From Candidatus Limimonas egerieequi (lineage in GTDB: Bacteria; Bacillota; Clostridia; Oscillospirales; Acutalibacteraceae), in NCBI GenBank assembly GCA_018064455.1, contig JAGHVH010000029.1, positions 4,683 to 68,682 on the forward strand: a DNA stretch of 64,000 bases. Reading direction: 5' to 3'. Of the stretch, positions 21,356 to 32,481 are shown in pieces. Positions within the stretch are counted from its first letter, which is position 1, and every line of letters begins with the position of its first letter. The notes beneath the pieces are model-generated. The model did not search any database. It was not told the origin of the DNA and was given only the letters and a program-made list of their open reading frames with translations. The position numbers were made by a program, and so were the translations under genes.

Positions 21356-22504
21356 TTAGCTTCTGCTTGCGAAAATGTCATCAAGGGCATCGAAATAGCC
21401 GTCATCCATGCCAAAGCTTGAGCTTGATGGCTTGCTGTCTTCCTCTGGGAAGCCCATGATATCATCGTCACCGCTCATGATGCTTGAGAAGCTGTCAGTC
21501 TCTGCTGCCTCTTCATAGCTTTCCTTGATTGCTGCACGCTTGAAACCGTCAGAACCAAAACCAGTTGCTACTACTGTAACAATGATCTCATCCTGAAGAG
21601 TATTATCGAAGCTAACACCCCAAATGATGTTTGCATCTGGATGAGCAGCACCAGAGATAATCTCAGAAGCCTGTGTGATTTCGTCAAGACCAACCTCAGG
21701 AGAAGCTGTGATTGAGATGATAACGCCATGAGCGCCGTCGATTGTTGTCTCAAGAAGTGGGCTTGTGATAGCAGCGTTAGCTGCAAGTTCTGCCTTATCC
21801 TTACCATTTGCGCGACCAACGCCCATATGAGCATGACCGGCATCACGCATGATAGAGCTTACATCGGCAAAGTCAAGATTGATATAACCTGCATTTGCAA
21901 CAAGTTCAGAAATTGATTTAACACCTTGACGAAGGATATCATCAGCTGCGTCAAATGCATTTGCAAGAGTAATCTTCTCAGCAGAGAGAAGCTTTAAGCG
22001 TTCATTAGGGATAACAATAAGGCTGTCAACGTTCTTAGCAAGTTCCTTGATACCCTGTTCAGCCTGCTCCATACGGTGCTTACCTTCGAAGCTGAATGGC
22101 TTAGTAACGATACCAACTGTCAAGATGCCCATTTCCTTAGCAGTTGCAGCGATAACAGGAGCAGCACCAGTACCTGTGCCACCGCCCATACCAGCTGTGA
22201 TAAAGATCATATCAGTGCCCTTTAAAGCATCTGTGATAACATCTTTGCTCTCTTCAGCTGCACGCTGACCGATTTCTGGACGAGCGCCTGCGCCCTGTCC
22301 TCTTGTTACCTTTTCACCAATTTGAATTTTATGTGTTGCCTGAGACTGGAGGAGTACATGCTTATCTGTGTTGATAGCAATGAACTCAACGCCCTTTATA
22401 TCAGACTTAATCATGCGGTTAACAGCGTTTCCACCGCCGCCGCCGATACCGATTACTTTGATTTGTACTACGCTTTCAAAATCTGCTGCCATTTCAAATC
22501 CCAT
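21356..22504 (-). CDS. ftsZ: cell division GTPase FtsZ
   Basis: [17 protein letters not shown], the tubulin signature [17 protein letters not shown], and an acidic C-terminal linker with a conserved tail (DIFASR). Confidence 0.97.
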   Translation of the reverse strand: MGFEMAADFESVVQIKVIGIGGGGGNAVNRMIKSDIKGVEFIAINTDKHVLLQSQATHKIQIGEKVTRGQGAGARPEIGQRAAEESKDVITDALKGTDMIFITAGMGGGTGTGAAPVIAATAKEMGILTVGIVTKPFSFEGKHRMEQAEQGIKELAKNVDSLIVIPNERLKLLSAEKITLANAFDAADDILRQGVKSISELVANAGYINLDFADVSSIMRDAGHAHMGVGRANGKDKAELAANAAITSPLLETTIDGAHGVIISITASPEVGLDEITQASEIISGAAHPDANIIWGVSFDNTLQDEIIVTVVATGFGSDGFKRAAIKESYEEAAETDSFSSIMSGDDDIMGFPEEDSKPSSSSFGMDDGYFDALDDIFASRS

Positions 22505-22629
22505 GTTGGCACCCTCCTAATTTTGTTCCCGTTATTAGTTAATATAATTACATAATAATCTAATATATTAAAATACATATTATATAGTAACACGACACTT
22601 TGCAAATTTCAAGACTTTGATTATCAAGT

Positions 22630-23763
22630 CTATGGTTTTTTAGTGGTCGTCTCCGGCGGCTGAGTTGTCGTCGTAGGCGCCGTCGTAAACGAAGCTATTT
22701 TCTTACCATTTGCATCTGTCGGTGGCTCTGTTGGAGCCGTTGTTGTTGGAGCTGTCGTTTCATCAACCTCTCCTGCCGCAGCCGTCGTTGTTGTCGTCTT
22801 CGGTTCAGTTTTTGGCGAGAAGTAAGCCTTCTTATCAATCGTCAAATCTATGACACCTTCAGCATTTGGTCCCACTTGATCCTGGTCCTTTATGACCTCT
22901 GCTGCAAATGCCATTTTGTCTTTGAGATTAGTAATTGATCCAACTTTGACATCAATCCTATTCTCATACTTCATTACTATGTTATAAGGATCCGACAAAT
23001 CAAGATCCGTTATACCCGTAATCTCATTTTCAATAAAGAGAGCCATAATATCAGTGTAAACAGAAAGAGTTTTTTCTTTGCTAAACTTTACTGTTTGACC
23101 AGGGGTTGCCTCCTTGACCTTGGCACCTTTTAACACAACAAAATCTTTGTGCGCCAAAACGTACTTTGGCTTTTCTGGTTTTGCCTGGCTTGGCTTCTCC
23201 TCCAAAGTTTCCTCTGTCTGACCCTCAGCTTTCTCTTCGGATTTCTCCTCTGTTTCTGCTGGTGGGTCCTCCTCGGATAATGCCTTGCCGCCCTCTAGCA
23301 CAGCGTTTGCATAGATTTCATCTTTTGAAGACGCTGTTCCAAGCACCTTGGCATTTTCATCAAGTAAAACATAGCCTGATTTTGTCTCAACTGCGCATTT
23401 AACAGATGTCTCATACACAGTAATTATTAACTTGTTAGGAAGAGCAATTTTCACCTGAACGTCGCCAATGTATGGCAATTTTTCGGTGATGTGCTCTTTT
23501 ACTTTTCCTCGATTTATGAGGAAAAGGTTATCCCCGTCTTTGACTCCGGACACTGATACCACTTCATTCTCCGAGTATATGCTATACCCTCGAACCTCCG
23601 CTTTACTCAAGTGGAAAAATACAGTGAATGAAAGTACAAGTCCTACTGCCAGTACAAACAAAACGAGGATCGGATAGAAGATGCGTCGTCTAACCTGCTT
23701 TTCGCGTTGTCGCTCATCGCGGTGTAGAGCACGCTCCTCCTCTTTCGACATGTTCACAGGCAT
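22630..23763 (-). CDS. ftsQ: cell division protein FtsQ/DivIB-like (POTRA), with low-complexity insert and Thr/Pro-rich tail
   Basis: Single TM (ILVLFVLAVGLVLSFTVFF) followed by a POTRA-like segment (VRGYSIYSENEVVSVSG...). Sits between murG and ftsZ. Confidence 0.7.
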   Translation of the reverse strand: MPVNMSKEEERALHRDERQREKQVRRRIFYPILVLFVLAVGLVLSFTVFFHLSKAEVRGYSIYSENEVVSVSGVKDGDNLFLINRGKVKEHITEKLPYIGDVQVKIALPNKLIITVYETSVKCAVETKSGYVLLDENAKVLGTASSKDEIYANAVLEGGKALSEEDPPAETEEKSEEKAEGQTEETLEEKPSQAKPEKPKYVLAHKDFVVLKGAKVKEATPGQTVKFSKEKTLSVYTDIMALFIENEITGITDLDLSDPYNIVMKYENRIDVKVGSITNLKDKMAFAAEVIKDQDQVGPNAEGVIDLTIDKKAYFSPKTEPKTTTTTAAAGEVDETTAPTTTAPTEPPTDANGKKIASFTTAPTTTTQPPETTTKKP

Positions 23764-23766
23764 GTT

Positions 23767-24996
23767 CTATTCCCCCAAGGCTTTGTCTACTTTATCTGTA
23801 GTTTCCTTTGTGATTTCTTTTGCAACCTCATTAATTTCAGCCATTCTTTCAGCTGATTCGTTACGAAAACTTTCTTTTGAAACAAGTTTCATAATGTTGC
23901 TGACAATCAAATCTGTTGCGTTAAGAATTGCCATTTTCTTGGCATTTTTCTCAATTTCATGGATTCTATCCATATCTGATATAAGTTCGTTTACCATTTC
24001 GGTAAGCTTATCTGCTGTCAAATCCTTCTCTTCGATAATGAGTGCTGCATTGTTATTTACAAGTTCCATAGCATTGTAATACTGATGGTTTTCTGCAACA
24101 TTTGGAGAAGGAATCAAAATAGATGCTTTACCAAGCGCTCTAATCTCATAGAGTGATGATGCACCTGCGCGGCAGATTAGCAAATCTGCTGCCGGCATGC
24201 AGATGTGCATGTCATCAATATATTCACGAAGGATGATATCTTCGCGATTTTCTACATCAATACCGGCTTCCTTAATTTTATCAGGAACCCATTTGCCATA
24301 CTGGCCATATGCATGAAGGAATGTACAGTCATTGTCATCCTTCTTATTTTCAATAAGTCCACAAATTGCATTGTTAACTGCGCGTGCGCCGAGGCTGCCA
24401 CCCATTGATAAAATGAGAGGCTTTGCTGGGTCCACGCCAAGAATTGTGCGCGCCTCCGCACGGCTTGTTTTAAAGAGCTCATCACGGACTGGAAGTCCTG
24501 TGATAACTGGTTCATTTAAGCATTCAATTCTATCTCTTGCATCCTCTGATGTAAGCATTACTACCTCTGCATATTTTGCAAGAGCCTTATTAGTCACACC
24601 AGGGAAAGCATTCTGCTCATGCACCGCAATTGGAATGCCCATCTTGTGAGCTTTGCGAAGCACTGGTCCGCTTACGTAACCGCCGAAACCTACAACAACG
24701 TCAGGTTGAAATTCAGCGATAATTTTCTTAGCAGCGTTAGAACTCGTCAGTGTCCAGATGAGAGTTCTAATGTTCTTTACAATACTCGCTGGAGTAAAGC
24801 TTCTCTGAAATCCACTAATTCTAATTGTTTTAAAGTCAAATCCCGCATTTGGAACAAGTCGGGCTTCCATGTGATCAGGTGTACCGATAAAGAGTATCTC
24901 TGCGCTGTCGCCATATGTGTCCCTAATACGGGAAGCGACGGCGAGCGCAGGATTTATGTGTCCACCGGTTCCACCAGTAGCAAAAAGAATTTTCAT
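23767..24996 (-). CDS. murG: UDP-N-acetylglucosamine--N-acetylmuramyl-(pentapeptide) pyrophosphoryl-undecaprenol GlcNAc transferase
   Basis: N-terminal GGTGGHINPALAV, HEQNAFPG, C-terminal RAGASSLYE. A ~40-aa C-terminal extension is present. Confidence 0.92.
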   Translation of the reverse strand: MKILFATGGTGGHINPALAVASRIRDTYGDSAEILFIGTPDHMEARLVPNAGFDFKTIRISGFQRSFTPASIVKNIRTLIWTLTSSNAAKKIIAEFQPDVVVGFGGYVSGPVLRKAHKMGIPIAVHEQNAFPGVTNKALAKYAEVVMLTSEDARDRIECLNEPVITGLPVRDELFKTSRAEARTILGVDPAKPLILSMGGSLGARAVNNAICGLIENKKDDNDCTFLHAYGQYGKWVPDKIKEAGIDVENREDIILREYIDDMHICMPAADLLICRAGASSLYEIRALGKASILIPSPNVAENHQYYNAMELVNNNAALIIEEKDLTADKLTEMVNELISDMDRIHEIEKNAKKMAILNATDLIVSNIMKLVSKESFRNESAERMAEINEVAKEITKETTDKVDKALGE

Positions 24997-25011
24997 AATT
25001 TTCTCCCTATT

Positions 25012-26217
25012 TTATGATCGTTTTATATTTGCAGTTCTTGAAATACCTAAAATCAATCCCATCTCAAAAAGTAACATCATAAGTGATGTACCACCATATG
25101 AGAAGAATGGAAGGCTGATGCCTGTATTTGGCAAAACATCAGTAACAACGGCAATATTAAGAGATGCCTGAAGGCCAACTTGGAAAGAAAGACCCATCGC
25201 AAGAAGTGATGCAAACTTGTCCTTTGTGTGGATGGCAATATAGAATCCACGCCATACAAGCAAGACAAATAAAATAATGATTACTGCTGCGCCAATTACA
25301 CCAAGTTCCTCACATACAATTGAGAAAATAAAGTCGTTCTGTGGCTCTGATACATAGAGTTGCTTCTGCTTTGAATTACCAAGGCCAACACCAAAGAGTC
25401 CACCAGAACCAATTGCGTAAAGTGCGTTGTTAGTCTGCCAACGAACACCTCTTGGATCATAATCCTTATCTACCCAAGCAAGGATACGAGGCTGTGCGTG
25501 CGCAGGCAAGATATCAGGATTGAGGACAACTATTACAGCTGCCGCAACAACAAGCACAATACCAATAACAAAAATTCTGTAATCGAAGCCTGCAAACCAC
25601 ATCATCATAAGTCCAAGCGCAAAGATGAGCAATGTACCAGATACGTGGTTTTCAAGGTATACAAGCACGCAGGCAACGCCTACGATTGCGACATAAAGGA
25701 GGAAGCAATACGTACGAACAGGCATGCGGAAGTTTCTAACCTGCATGATTTCGTTTGAATTGATTCCTTTGTAGTGCTCGCCAATGTGCATGGCGAGATA
25801 AAGGATGATAGCAAGTTTTGCGATTTCAGAAGGTTGGAAAGTTGTGATGCCTGGGATTGTAATCCACCTGTGGAATTCTTCGAATCCAGGTGGTGGGCTT
25901 ACAAAGAGAACAACAACCAGCAAGAGATAAGAAACCGCAAGAAGTGGCGTTGCTGCCACCTTATAAATCTCTACCTTAAACTTTGATGCGACAAACATAG
26001 CAATAATGCCAACAATCGCAAAAAAGAACTGACGTTTAAAGTAATAAAGGCTATCTCCGCCATAGTTATAGTAGCAATATGTGTATGATGCTGAGAACAT
26101 CATAATAAGTCCTATTGTAAGAAGGGCAAGAACAAAGCAGAGGAATGGAATATCCATACCTCCATGCGCCAAAAGCGCTGGATTTATTCTTCTTTTCTTC
26201 TTTACGTTCGTAGCCAT
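25012..26217 (-). CDS. ftsW: SEDS-family peptidoglycan glycosyltransferase (FtsW/SpoVE type)
   Basis: Ten-TM SEDS pattern with QPSEIAKL, NDFIFSIVCEELG and LPFFSYGGTS. Sits in dcw context. Confidence 0.88.
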   Translation of the reverse strand: MATNVKKKRRINPALLAHGGMDIPFLCFVLALLTIGLIMMFSASYTYCYYNYGGDSLYYFKRQFFFAIVGIIAMFVASKFKVEIYKVAATPLLAVSYLLLVVVLFVSPPPGFEEFHRWITIPGITTFQPSEIAKLAIILYLAMHIGEHYKGINSNEIMQVRNFRMPVRTYCFLLYVAIVGVACVLVYLENHVSGTLLIFALGLMMMWFAGFDYRIFVIGIVLVVAAAVIVVLNPDILPAHAQPRILAWVDKDYDPRGVRWQTNNALYAIGSGGLFGVGLGNSKQKQLYVSEPQNDFIFSIVCEELGVIGAAVIIILFVLLVWRGFYIAIHTKDKFASLLAMGLSFQVGLQASLNIAVVTDVLPNTGISLPFFSYGGTSLMMLLFEMGLILGISRTANIKRS

Positions 26218-26233
26218 ACCCTACTCCTAAGTT

Positions 26234-27295
26234 TTATTCTCCGAAATATGTAAGGAGGCAAGCTCCAACGCCTGCAAGCAAACTTACAAATGAAAATACC
26301 AAAACAATTTTAACCTCTGACCATCCACACTTTTCAAAGTGATGATGGATAGGTGCCATCTTTAAAAGACGCTTACCTGTTGCATTTGGGTCTGTGCGTC
26401 TTGCAATCTTCTTAGTGATTTTGAAATATCCGATTTGAACTACATCTGAAAGTCCTTCGATTACATAGACAAAGCCAGCAACAAGAAGGATAAGTGGGCA
26501 ATCAATTGCATAAGCAAGTGCCACAACCATACCACCAAGGAACATTGAGCCCGTGTCACCCATAAAGCACTTTGCTGGGTGCCAGTTCCAGATAAGATAA
26601 CCTGCACAAGCGCCAAGGAGTGCGCATGCGGTAATTGATGCACCCATGTAGTGGCGAAGTGCAGCCATAACTGCAAATGAAAGTGCAACAGTTACTGTAA
26701 CTGATGCGCAAAGTCCATCGATACCGTCTGTAAAATTAACTGCGTTAACTGTTGCATAGATAACTACTACAGTGAAAATTGCGAAAAGAATTGGTGAACC
26801 ATAACCTACATTGCCAACAAAAGGAATGTACATATACTGGTCGCCCAAAAGACAGAAAGTCAAAATATATGCGCCAGAAAGAGCAAGCTGAAGGAGTGTC
26901 TTTTGAATTACTGTAAGGCCCTCATTTTGCTTTTTTGCCACCTTGATATAGTCATCTGCAAATCCGATAAGACCAAAACCAAGTGCCAAAATGATACCTG
27001 AATAGAGTTTTACCTTCATGGTACCTGAAAGTGGACTTGAACCGCCTACTAAATCAACACCCATTATCTTGTTAATAATGATAACTGCGAGTGTTGCAAC
27101 AATCGACGCAACGATAAACATTACGCCACCCATTGTTGGTGTGCCCTGTTTGTTCTTATGCCAATTCGGACCTATATCAAGGATTGTCTGTCCAAATTTT
27201 AATTTGTGAAGATATGGAACAACTACTATTCCGAGAAGTGCTGATATTGCAAAGCCTAAAACAACTGCCAATATTATGCTTATCACTATTTTCAT
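26234..27295 (-). CDS. mraY: phospho-N-acetylmuramoyl-pentapeptide transferase
   Basis: KQGTPTMGG, DD.IK, NAVNFTDGIDGL, GDTGS, PIHHHFE. Confidence 0.95.
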   Translation of the reverse strand: MKIVISIILAVVLGFAISALLGIVVVPYLHKLKFGQTILDIGPNWHKNKQGTPTMGGVMFIVASIVATLAVIIINKIMGVDLVGGSSPLSGTMKVKLYSGIILALGFGLIGFADDYIKVAKKQNEGLTVIQKTLLQLALSGAYILTFCLLGDQYMYIPFVGNVGYGSPILFAIFTVVVIYATVNAVNFTDGIDGLCASVTVTVALSFAVMAALRHYMGASITACALLGACAGYLIWNWHPAKCFMGDTGSMFLGGMVVALAYAIDCPLILLVAGFVYVIEGLSDVVQIGYFKITKKIARRTDPNATGKRLLKMAPIHHHFEKCGWSEVKIVLVFSFVSLLAGVGACLLTYFGE

Positions 27296-28713
27296 GAGAG
27301 TTCTCCTTTTACGAGATCTATTACTTCTTCAAGCATCATACCACGGCTGCCCTTAAAGGCAACAACGTCACCCTCTTTAAGAAGAGGAATCAAGTGCTTA
27401 GCAAGTTCTTCCTTTGAATCAAATTCAAAGACACGAAGAACACCATTTTTCTTTGCTTCATCAGCAACAAACTTTGCAAGTTTTCCGTATGTCAAAAGAA
27501 GGTCGACACCTGCATCGGCAAGATACTTGCCGCAGTTTCGGTGTCCCTCTTCGCTGTATGCACCAAGTTCAAGCATATCAGCGATAACAGCAATCTTTCT
27601 GTGACCACCCTCACCTTTGATTCTCAAGGTGTTTGAAAGAGCTCTCACTGAATCAGGGCTTGCATTGTAGCAATCCTCAACAAGAGTAATGCCCTTTACT
27701 ACTTCTATCTTTTCACGCATACCAGCTGGAACATAACCTGCTAGCGCATCAGCCATTTTCTGTGGCTCGATGCCTAGCTCGGCGCCGACACTAATTGCCG
27801 CAAGAGCGTCATAGACATTGTGCTCTCCTGTAGTAGGGAGGACGACAACAAAAGAGCACTCTTTACTCTCGCAGCCGTCGGCGCCATCCAGTCCATCGAG
27901 CTTCGACGGTTTTATAACTGCAACAAACCTAGTCGAAGCATCCGAGTATACGATATCTGTCGCCATAACATCAGCATCACTGTGGATACCGAACGTACGA
28001 ATTCTATATTTATAATCAAAATCAGACTCACAAAGCTTTGAAAGCATGTCGTTATCGTTGTTAAGGATAAGAGCTGAGCCCTCTTTGAGTCCCTCAAGTA
28101 TCTCAAGTTTTGCAGCGAGAATGCCTTCCCTGCTGCCCAAATTCTCAATATGGGAAACACCAATATTTGTGATTACGGCCATATTTGGAAGAGCAGTTCT
28201 TGTGAGAACAGAAATCTCTCCTTTATGGTTCATTCCCATCTCAATTACTGCTGCCGTGTGGTCCTCTTCCATCCTGAGGAGTACCTTTGGAACACCAATT
28301 GAGTTGTTGAGATTGCCTTGAGTTTTATGAGCATTATATTTTGCGTTTAATACGCACCAAATCATTTCCTTGGTAGTTGTCTTACCTACACTGCCAGTCA
28401 GTGCTACAAGTGGAATATCAAAACTCTCTCTATAGAAGCGCGCTAATGTGAGAAGAGCCTTTTCTGTATCTTCAACTTTGATTACAGGTACATCGGCCAC
28501 TATGCCATCCTCGTGTACCATTACAGCAGCAGCGCCAGCTGCTATTGCTGCATTGACGAACTGGTGTCCGTCAAGACGCTCGCCGCGAATTGCGACAAAC
28601 AATGCGCCAGGTGTTACCTCTCTGTTGTCTATGACAACTGATGTAACCTCTACACTCGAGGTTGTTGTGCCACCGCATGCGCGAGCGATTTCTTCAGTAG
28701 TTAACGTCTTCAT
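27292..28713 (-). CDS. murF: UDP-N-acetylmuramoyl-tripeptide--D-alanyl-D-alanine ligase
   Basis: Mur ligase P-loop LTGSVGKTTTKEM, EMGMNH and DCYNASPDS. Overlaps mraY. Confidence 0.9.
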   Translation of the reverse strand: MKTLTTEEIARACGGTTTSSVEVTSVVIDNREVTPGALFVAIRGERLDGHQFVNAAIAAGAAAVMVHEDGIVADVPVIKVEDTEKALLTLARFYRESFDIPLVALTGSVGKTTTKEMIWCVLNAKYNAHKTQGNLNNSIGVPKVLLRMEEDHTAAVIEMGMNHKGEISVLTRTALPNMAVITNIGVSHIENLGSREGILAAKLEILEGLKEGSALILNNDNDMLSKLCESDFDYKYRIRTFGIHSDADVMATDIVYSDASTRFVAVIKPSKLDGLDGADGCESKECSFVVVLPTTGEHNVYDALAAISVGAELGIEPQKMADALAGYVPAGMREKIEVVKGITLVEDCYNASPDSVRALSNTLRIKGEGGHRKIAVIADMLELGAYSEEGHRNCGKYLADAGVDLLLTYGKLAKFVADEAKKNGVLRVFEFDSKEELAKHLIPLLKEGDVVAFKGSRGMMLEEVIDLVKGELS

Positions 28714-30935
28714 TAATCTTCCTCGTTTATTTCAGTTCTAAATGAAACAGTAATTACAGTACCCATTTGAGCATCAGAGCCTGAGTCTACATTCTGCTTG
28801 TACGCTGTGACATTTGCAGCAGATGTATAACCTACACGTCTGATATTAAGTCCACAAGCAATTGCCGTGTTGTTTGCTTCGGCCACAGTAAGACCAGTAA
28901 GGTCTGGAACGATTACTGTCTGTGGCTCTGCATCCTTGTCTGTGTAAAGTACAACAAGACCATTCTTTGGCAATGTCTGTCCAGCTGCTGGAACCTGCTT
29001 TGCAACTGTGTCACCGTTGCCGATGACCTTGACAGTAAAGCCTGTGCTCTCAAGTTCTTTCTTGGCCTCAGCCACTGTCTTACCAACAGCTTTTGCTGTT
29101 TTAACATCGAGCTTTGCAAGCTCATCATCAGTGTACTGTGGCTCAACGTTTAAGTATTTCATAACATTGGTGATGACCTCTGCTGCAACAGGACCCGCAA
29201 CAGAACCACCAGTGATTGATCCGTTCTTAGGCTCATCGACTACGATGAGGGCTGATATCCTTGGATTGTCAGCTGGTGCAAATCCGCAGAAGCTGGCGAT
29301 GTAAATGTTTTCGCCAATTGTAAGTTTCTGAGATGTACCTGTTTTACCAGCTACTCGGTATCCTGGAACATAAGCGTTCTTTGCAGTACCACCGCTTACA
29401 ACCTTTTCCATCATTACCTTCAAAATGTCGGCTGTCTCTTTAGAAATAACCTGACGCTTTTGGATTGGCTTTGTTTCAAATACCTTGTTGCCCTCTGAAT
29501 CAAGCATAGAGCCAACAACGTATGGCTGCATGAGTTTGCCGTCATTTGCTATTGCATTGATGGCTGTGATTATTTGAATTGGGCTTGCCTGGAATGTCTG
29601 GCCAAATGAGCTAGACGCCATAGCAACCGCATTAAGTCTCTTTCTAGAGTGATAAGTTACATCAGCAACAGGTGTTGACTCAGCTGGAAGGTCGATGCCT
29701 GTCTTTTCAGCAAAACCGAAAGCTTCGAAATACTTGTAGAAAGTATCTGCGCCAAGACGCTGTGCAACTTCGATAAAGATTGGGTTGCAGGAATTCATCA
29801 TAGATGTTGTGAAATCCTCAACACCGTGACCTGCTCTATGTGAGCAGTGGAATGTTCTATCAAGAACCTCATAACTACCTGTGCAATTGAACATCTCATC
29901 AGGAGTAACCACTCCCTCTTCAAGTCCAGCGGCAGCAGTAATACACTTGTAAACTGAACCTGGCTCATATGAGTCGCAGATTGATCTGTTACGCCACTGA
30001 GAATAGCGAGCCTCCGAAGTTGCTTTGCTCTTCTCATCAGGGTCCTCTATTGCCTCAAGTTCAGTTGCCTTTACCTCATCCGCAACCTTGTATGGGTCAT
30101 TTGCATCAAAGTCTGGCTTTGTACTCATCGCAAGGATGGCGCCAGTCTCAACATCCATTATTATGCCGTATCCGTAGTTTGCGTTGTTGAGCGTAACTGC
30201 CTCTTCGAGCGCAGTGTCGAGATAATACTGAATTACTTGGTCAATTGTAAGTTGAAGGTTGAGACCCGTCTCAGCCTCATAGTACGCCGAATAATCGGAT
30301 GACATCTTAATCTGCTTTGCGTTCTTTGCAGTAACAAGACGTCCCTGCGTACCTGTCAAAGTGTCATTGTAGAAATATTCAAGACCAGAAAGGCCAACAT
30401 CATCAGAACCTGTGAATCCCAAAACTGATGAAGCAAATTTTCCATATGGGTAATAGCGCTTAACATCTTCCTCTGTACCGATTATCTGGTTGTATCCCTT
30501 GTGGCTCTGTCTAAACTCGATAATCTGTGTCTTGGAATCATAATCAACCTGTGACTTGATGAGAACATAGGCGTAATCGCTCCTTGAACACTTCTCCAAG
30601 ACTGTGTCGTAATCGAGTTCAAGTACAGTAGAGAGTTCCTGTGCTATTGTCTGTCTGTCCTCGTCAGAACTAATCTTGGATGGGTTGATCCAAATCTTCC
30701 AAGCATCGGCTGATTGAGCAAGCACATTCATATTCGCATCATAGATTGTTCCACGCAAAGCGGTTACTGTTGTATCAGAAAGCTGTTGTGATTCAGCCTT
30801 GAGTTTGTACTTCTCACCATTGATAAGTCCAACGTTTACAAGACCATAGGCACCTGCACCAAATCCCAAGATGCAAGTGAAAAGTAAAGCTATAATAGCC
30901 CTATTCTTAAGTTGATTTCGTTTTGCCTTTGGCAC
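28713..30935 (-). CDS. class B penicillin-binding protein (FtsI/PBP2B type) with two C-terminal PASTA domains
   Basis: N-terminal TM and PBP dimerisation domain. Transpeptidase motifs are SVYK (SxxK), SCN (SxN) and KTGT. Two PASTA-like repeats sit at the C-terminus. Confidence 0.9.
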   Translation of the reverse strand: MPKAKRNQLKNRAIIALLFTCILGFGAGAYGLVNVGLINGEKYKLKAESQQLSDTTVTALRGTIYDANMNVLAQSADAWKIWINPSKISSDEDRQTIAQELSTVLELDYDTVLEKCSRSDYAYVLIKSQVDYDSKTQIIEFRQSHKGYNQIIGTEEDVKRYYPYGKFASSVLGFTGSDDVGLSGLEYFYNDTLTGTQGRLVTAKNAKQIKMSSDYSAYYEAETGLNLQLTIDQVIQYYLDTALEEAVTLNNANYGYGIIMDVETGAILAMSTKPDFDANDPYKVADEVKATELEAIEDPDEKSKATSEARYSQWRNRSICDSYEPGSVYKCITAAAGLEEGVVTPDEMFNCTGSYEVLDRTFHCSHRAGHGVEDFTTSMMNSCNPIFIEVAQRLGADTFYKYFEAFGFAEKTGIDLPAESTPVADVTYHSRKRLNAVAMASSSFGQTFQASPIQIITAINAIANDGKLMQPYVVGSMLDSEGNKVFETKPIQKRQVISKETADILKVMMEKVVSGGTAKNAYVPGYRVAGKTGTSQKLTIGENIYIASFCGFAPADNPRISALIVVDEPKNGSITGGSVAGPVAAEVITNVMKYLNVEPQYTDDELAKLDVKTAKAVGKTVAEAKKELESTGFTVKVIGNGDTVAKQVPAAGQTLPKNGLVVLYTDKDAEPQTVIVPDLTGLTVAEANNTAIACGLNIRRVGYTSAANVTAYKQNVDSGSDAQMGTVITVSFRTEINEED

Positions 30936-31018
30936 GTCTACAACCCCTTTTGGCCACCCTTAATATACGACTATGAGAGTTAAGGAACAGTTTCCTTAAC
31001 TCTCATTTTTCACGTTAT

Positions 31019-31534
31019 TTAGAAATACATTTTTATCGTTTCCCAGAGACTCTGGTGAACCTTGCCACCGCTTTGGATGACAGCATCACCACCGGAGAGA
31101 TCTATGTAGGAAACTTGATAGTTTTCTACCTTAACCATCCCCAGCACGTTCTGTGCATAGCTATCAACTTTATCGAGAGAGATAGTTGAATCTATCTCCA
31201 TGCTAAGTCTTGTGTTTTCACTCTCAACAACTTCAATTTCAGAGTTTACTGAATCTATCTGTCTGTCGAGTTCATCAACCTTTACCTGGCTGAATATCTG
31301 GAAAGCAATGAATGTGAAGAAAACTGCACAGATTGCAAGAGCCTTGATTGCCTTGCTTGCGCTGCGACGCTCCTCTGCTCTGAGCTCTGCCTTGGTCTTT
31401 TTTACAACCTTTGGACGAGGAGCAGCGTGCTTTGGCGCAGTCTGTGGTGCTCTCTTTGGAGCAGCAGAACCATACTGGTTAGATTTACGCATGTCTACTG
31501 CTTCTGTTCTGTTTGCATAAGCCAATGGTTCCAC
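31019..31534 (-). CDS. ftsL: FtsL-like cell division protein (start uncertain)
   Basis: Basic N-terminus, single TM (LAICAVFFTFIAFQIF) and a coiled-coil ectodomain. Sits between rsmH and the PBP gene. Confidence 0.6.
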   Translation of the reverse strand: MEPLAYANRTEAVDMRKSNQYGSAAPKRAPQTAPKHAAPRPKVVKKTKAELRAEERRSASKAIKALAICAVFFTFIAFQIFSQVKVDELDRQIDSVNSEIEVVESENTRLSMEIDSTISLDKVDSYAQNVLGMVKVENYQVSYIDLSGGDAVIQSGGKVHQSLWETIKMYF

Positions 31535-31545
31535 CCTCCTTTTGC

Positions 31546-32481
31546 TTAATCTTTAATCTTAATAATTGAACGAAGTTTCGCCGAACGTGACCTTGCATTG
31601 TTTTCAAGTTCCTGTTCTGACGCTTCTTTAAATTTAAATTGAAGTTTGCCACGTGGCGTCTTGCCACATACACACACTGGAAATTCTGGTGGGCATGTGC
31701 AGCCCTCCGTGAATTTAGCAAATTCCTGCTTTACTGTCCTATCCTCTAAAGAATGGAAAGTAATAATCGATAATATACCATCTATATATAGGCAGTCGAA
31801 CATGTCCTCTACCGAACCGCCTAATTTTTCAAGTTCTCCGTTTACTTCTATGCGAAGTGCCTGGAACGTCCTTCTGGCTGGATGACCGTTCCTACGTGCT
31901 TTTGCAGGCATTGAGTTTGAAACAATCTCAGCAAGTTGAAGCGTTGTTTCTATTGGCGTAAAGTTCCTTGCCTTTACAATGTTCCTTGCAATGCTCTGAG
32001 CATATCGCTCTTCGCCGTAGTTACGTATTATTCTAGTAAGTTCAGCCTCTGATAACGTATTGCATAAATCCGCTGCCGTTGGGCCGCTCTGACTCATTCT
32101 CATATCAAGCGGTGCGTCATTGTGAAATGAGAACCCACGCTCCGCCGTGTCGAGTTGATGTGAGCTTACGCCCAAATCGGCAAGTATGCCGTCAACTCCG
32201 TCAATTCCCATTGATGCGAGAACGCTCTTTATATTGCAGTAGTTGTCATGGACAACCGTTACGCGATCATCGCTTGCGAAACGCTCTGTTAGCGTTTCTA
32301 TTGCATCGGGATCGCGGTCAATGCATATGAGCCTGCCGTTCTCGCCTAGCTTCTCAAGTATTCCACTTGAATGTCCGCCACCGCCTGCCGTAGCATCCAC
32401 ATAGACGCCGTCAGGCTTGATGCAAAGAGAATCTATTGTTTCATCAAACAGAACTGGAATATGAGAAAACGAATTAGCCAT
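31546..32481 (-). CDS. rsmH: 16S rRNA (cytosine1402-N4)-methyltransferase
   Basis: HIPVL..., DATAGGGGHS, DLGVSSHQLD, GFSF and DMRM motifs. Confidence 0.95.
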   Translation of the reverse strand: MANSFSHIPVLFDETIDSLCIKPDGVYVDATAGGGGHSSGILEKLGENGRLICIDRDPDAIETLTERFASDDRVTVVHDNYCNIKSVLASMGIDGVDGILADLGVSSHQLDTAERGFSFHNDAPLDMRMSQSGPTAADLCNTLSEAELTRIIRNYGEERYAQSIARNIVKARNFTPIETTLQLAEIVSNSMPAKARRNGHPARRTFQALRIEVNGELEKLGGSVEDMFDCLYIDGILSIITFHSLEDRTVKQEFAKFTEGCTCPPEFPVCVCGKTPRGKLQFKFKEASEQELENNARSRSAKLRSIIKIKD

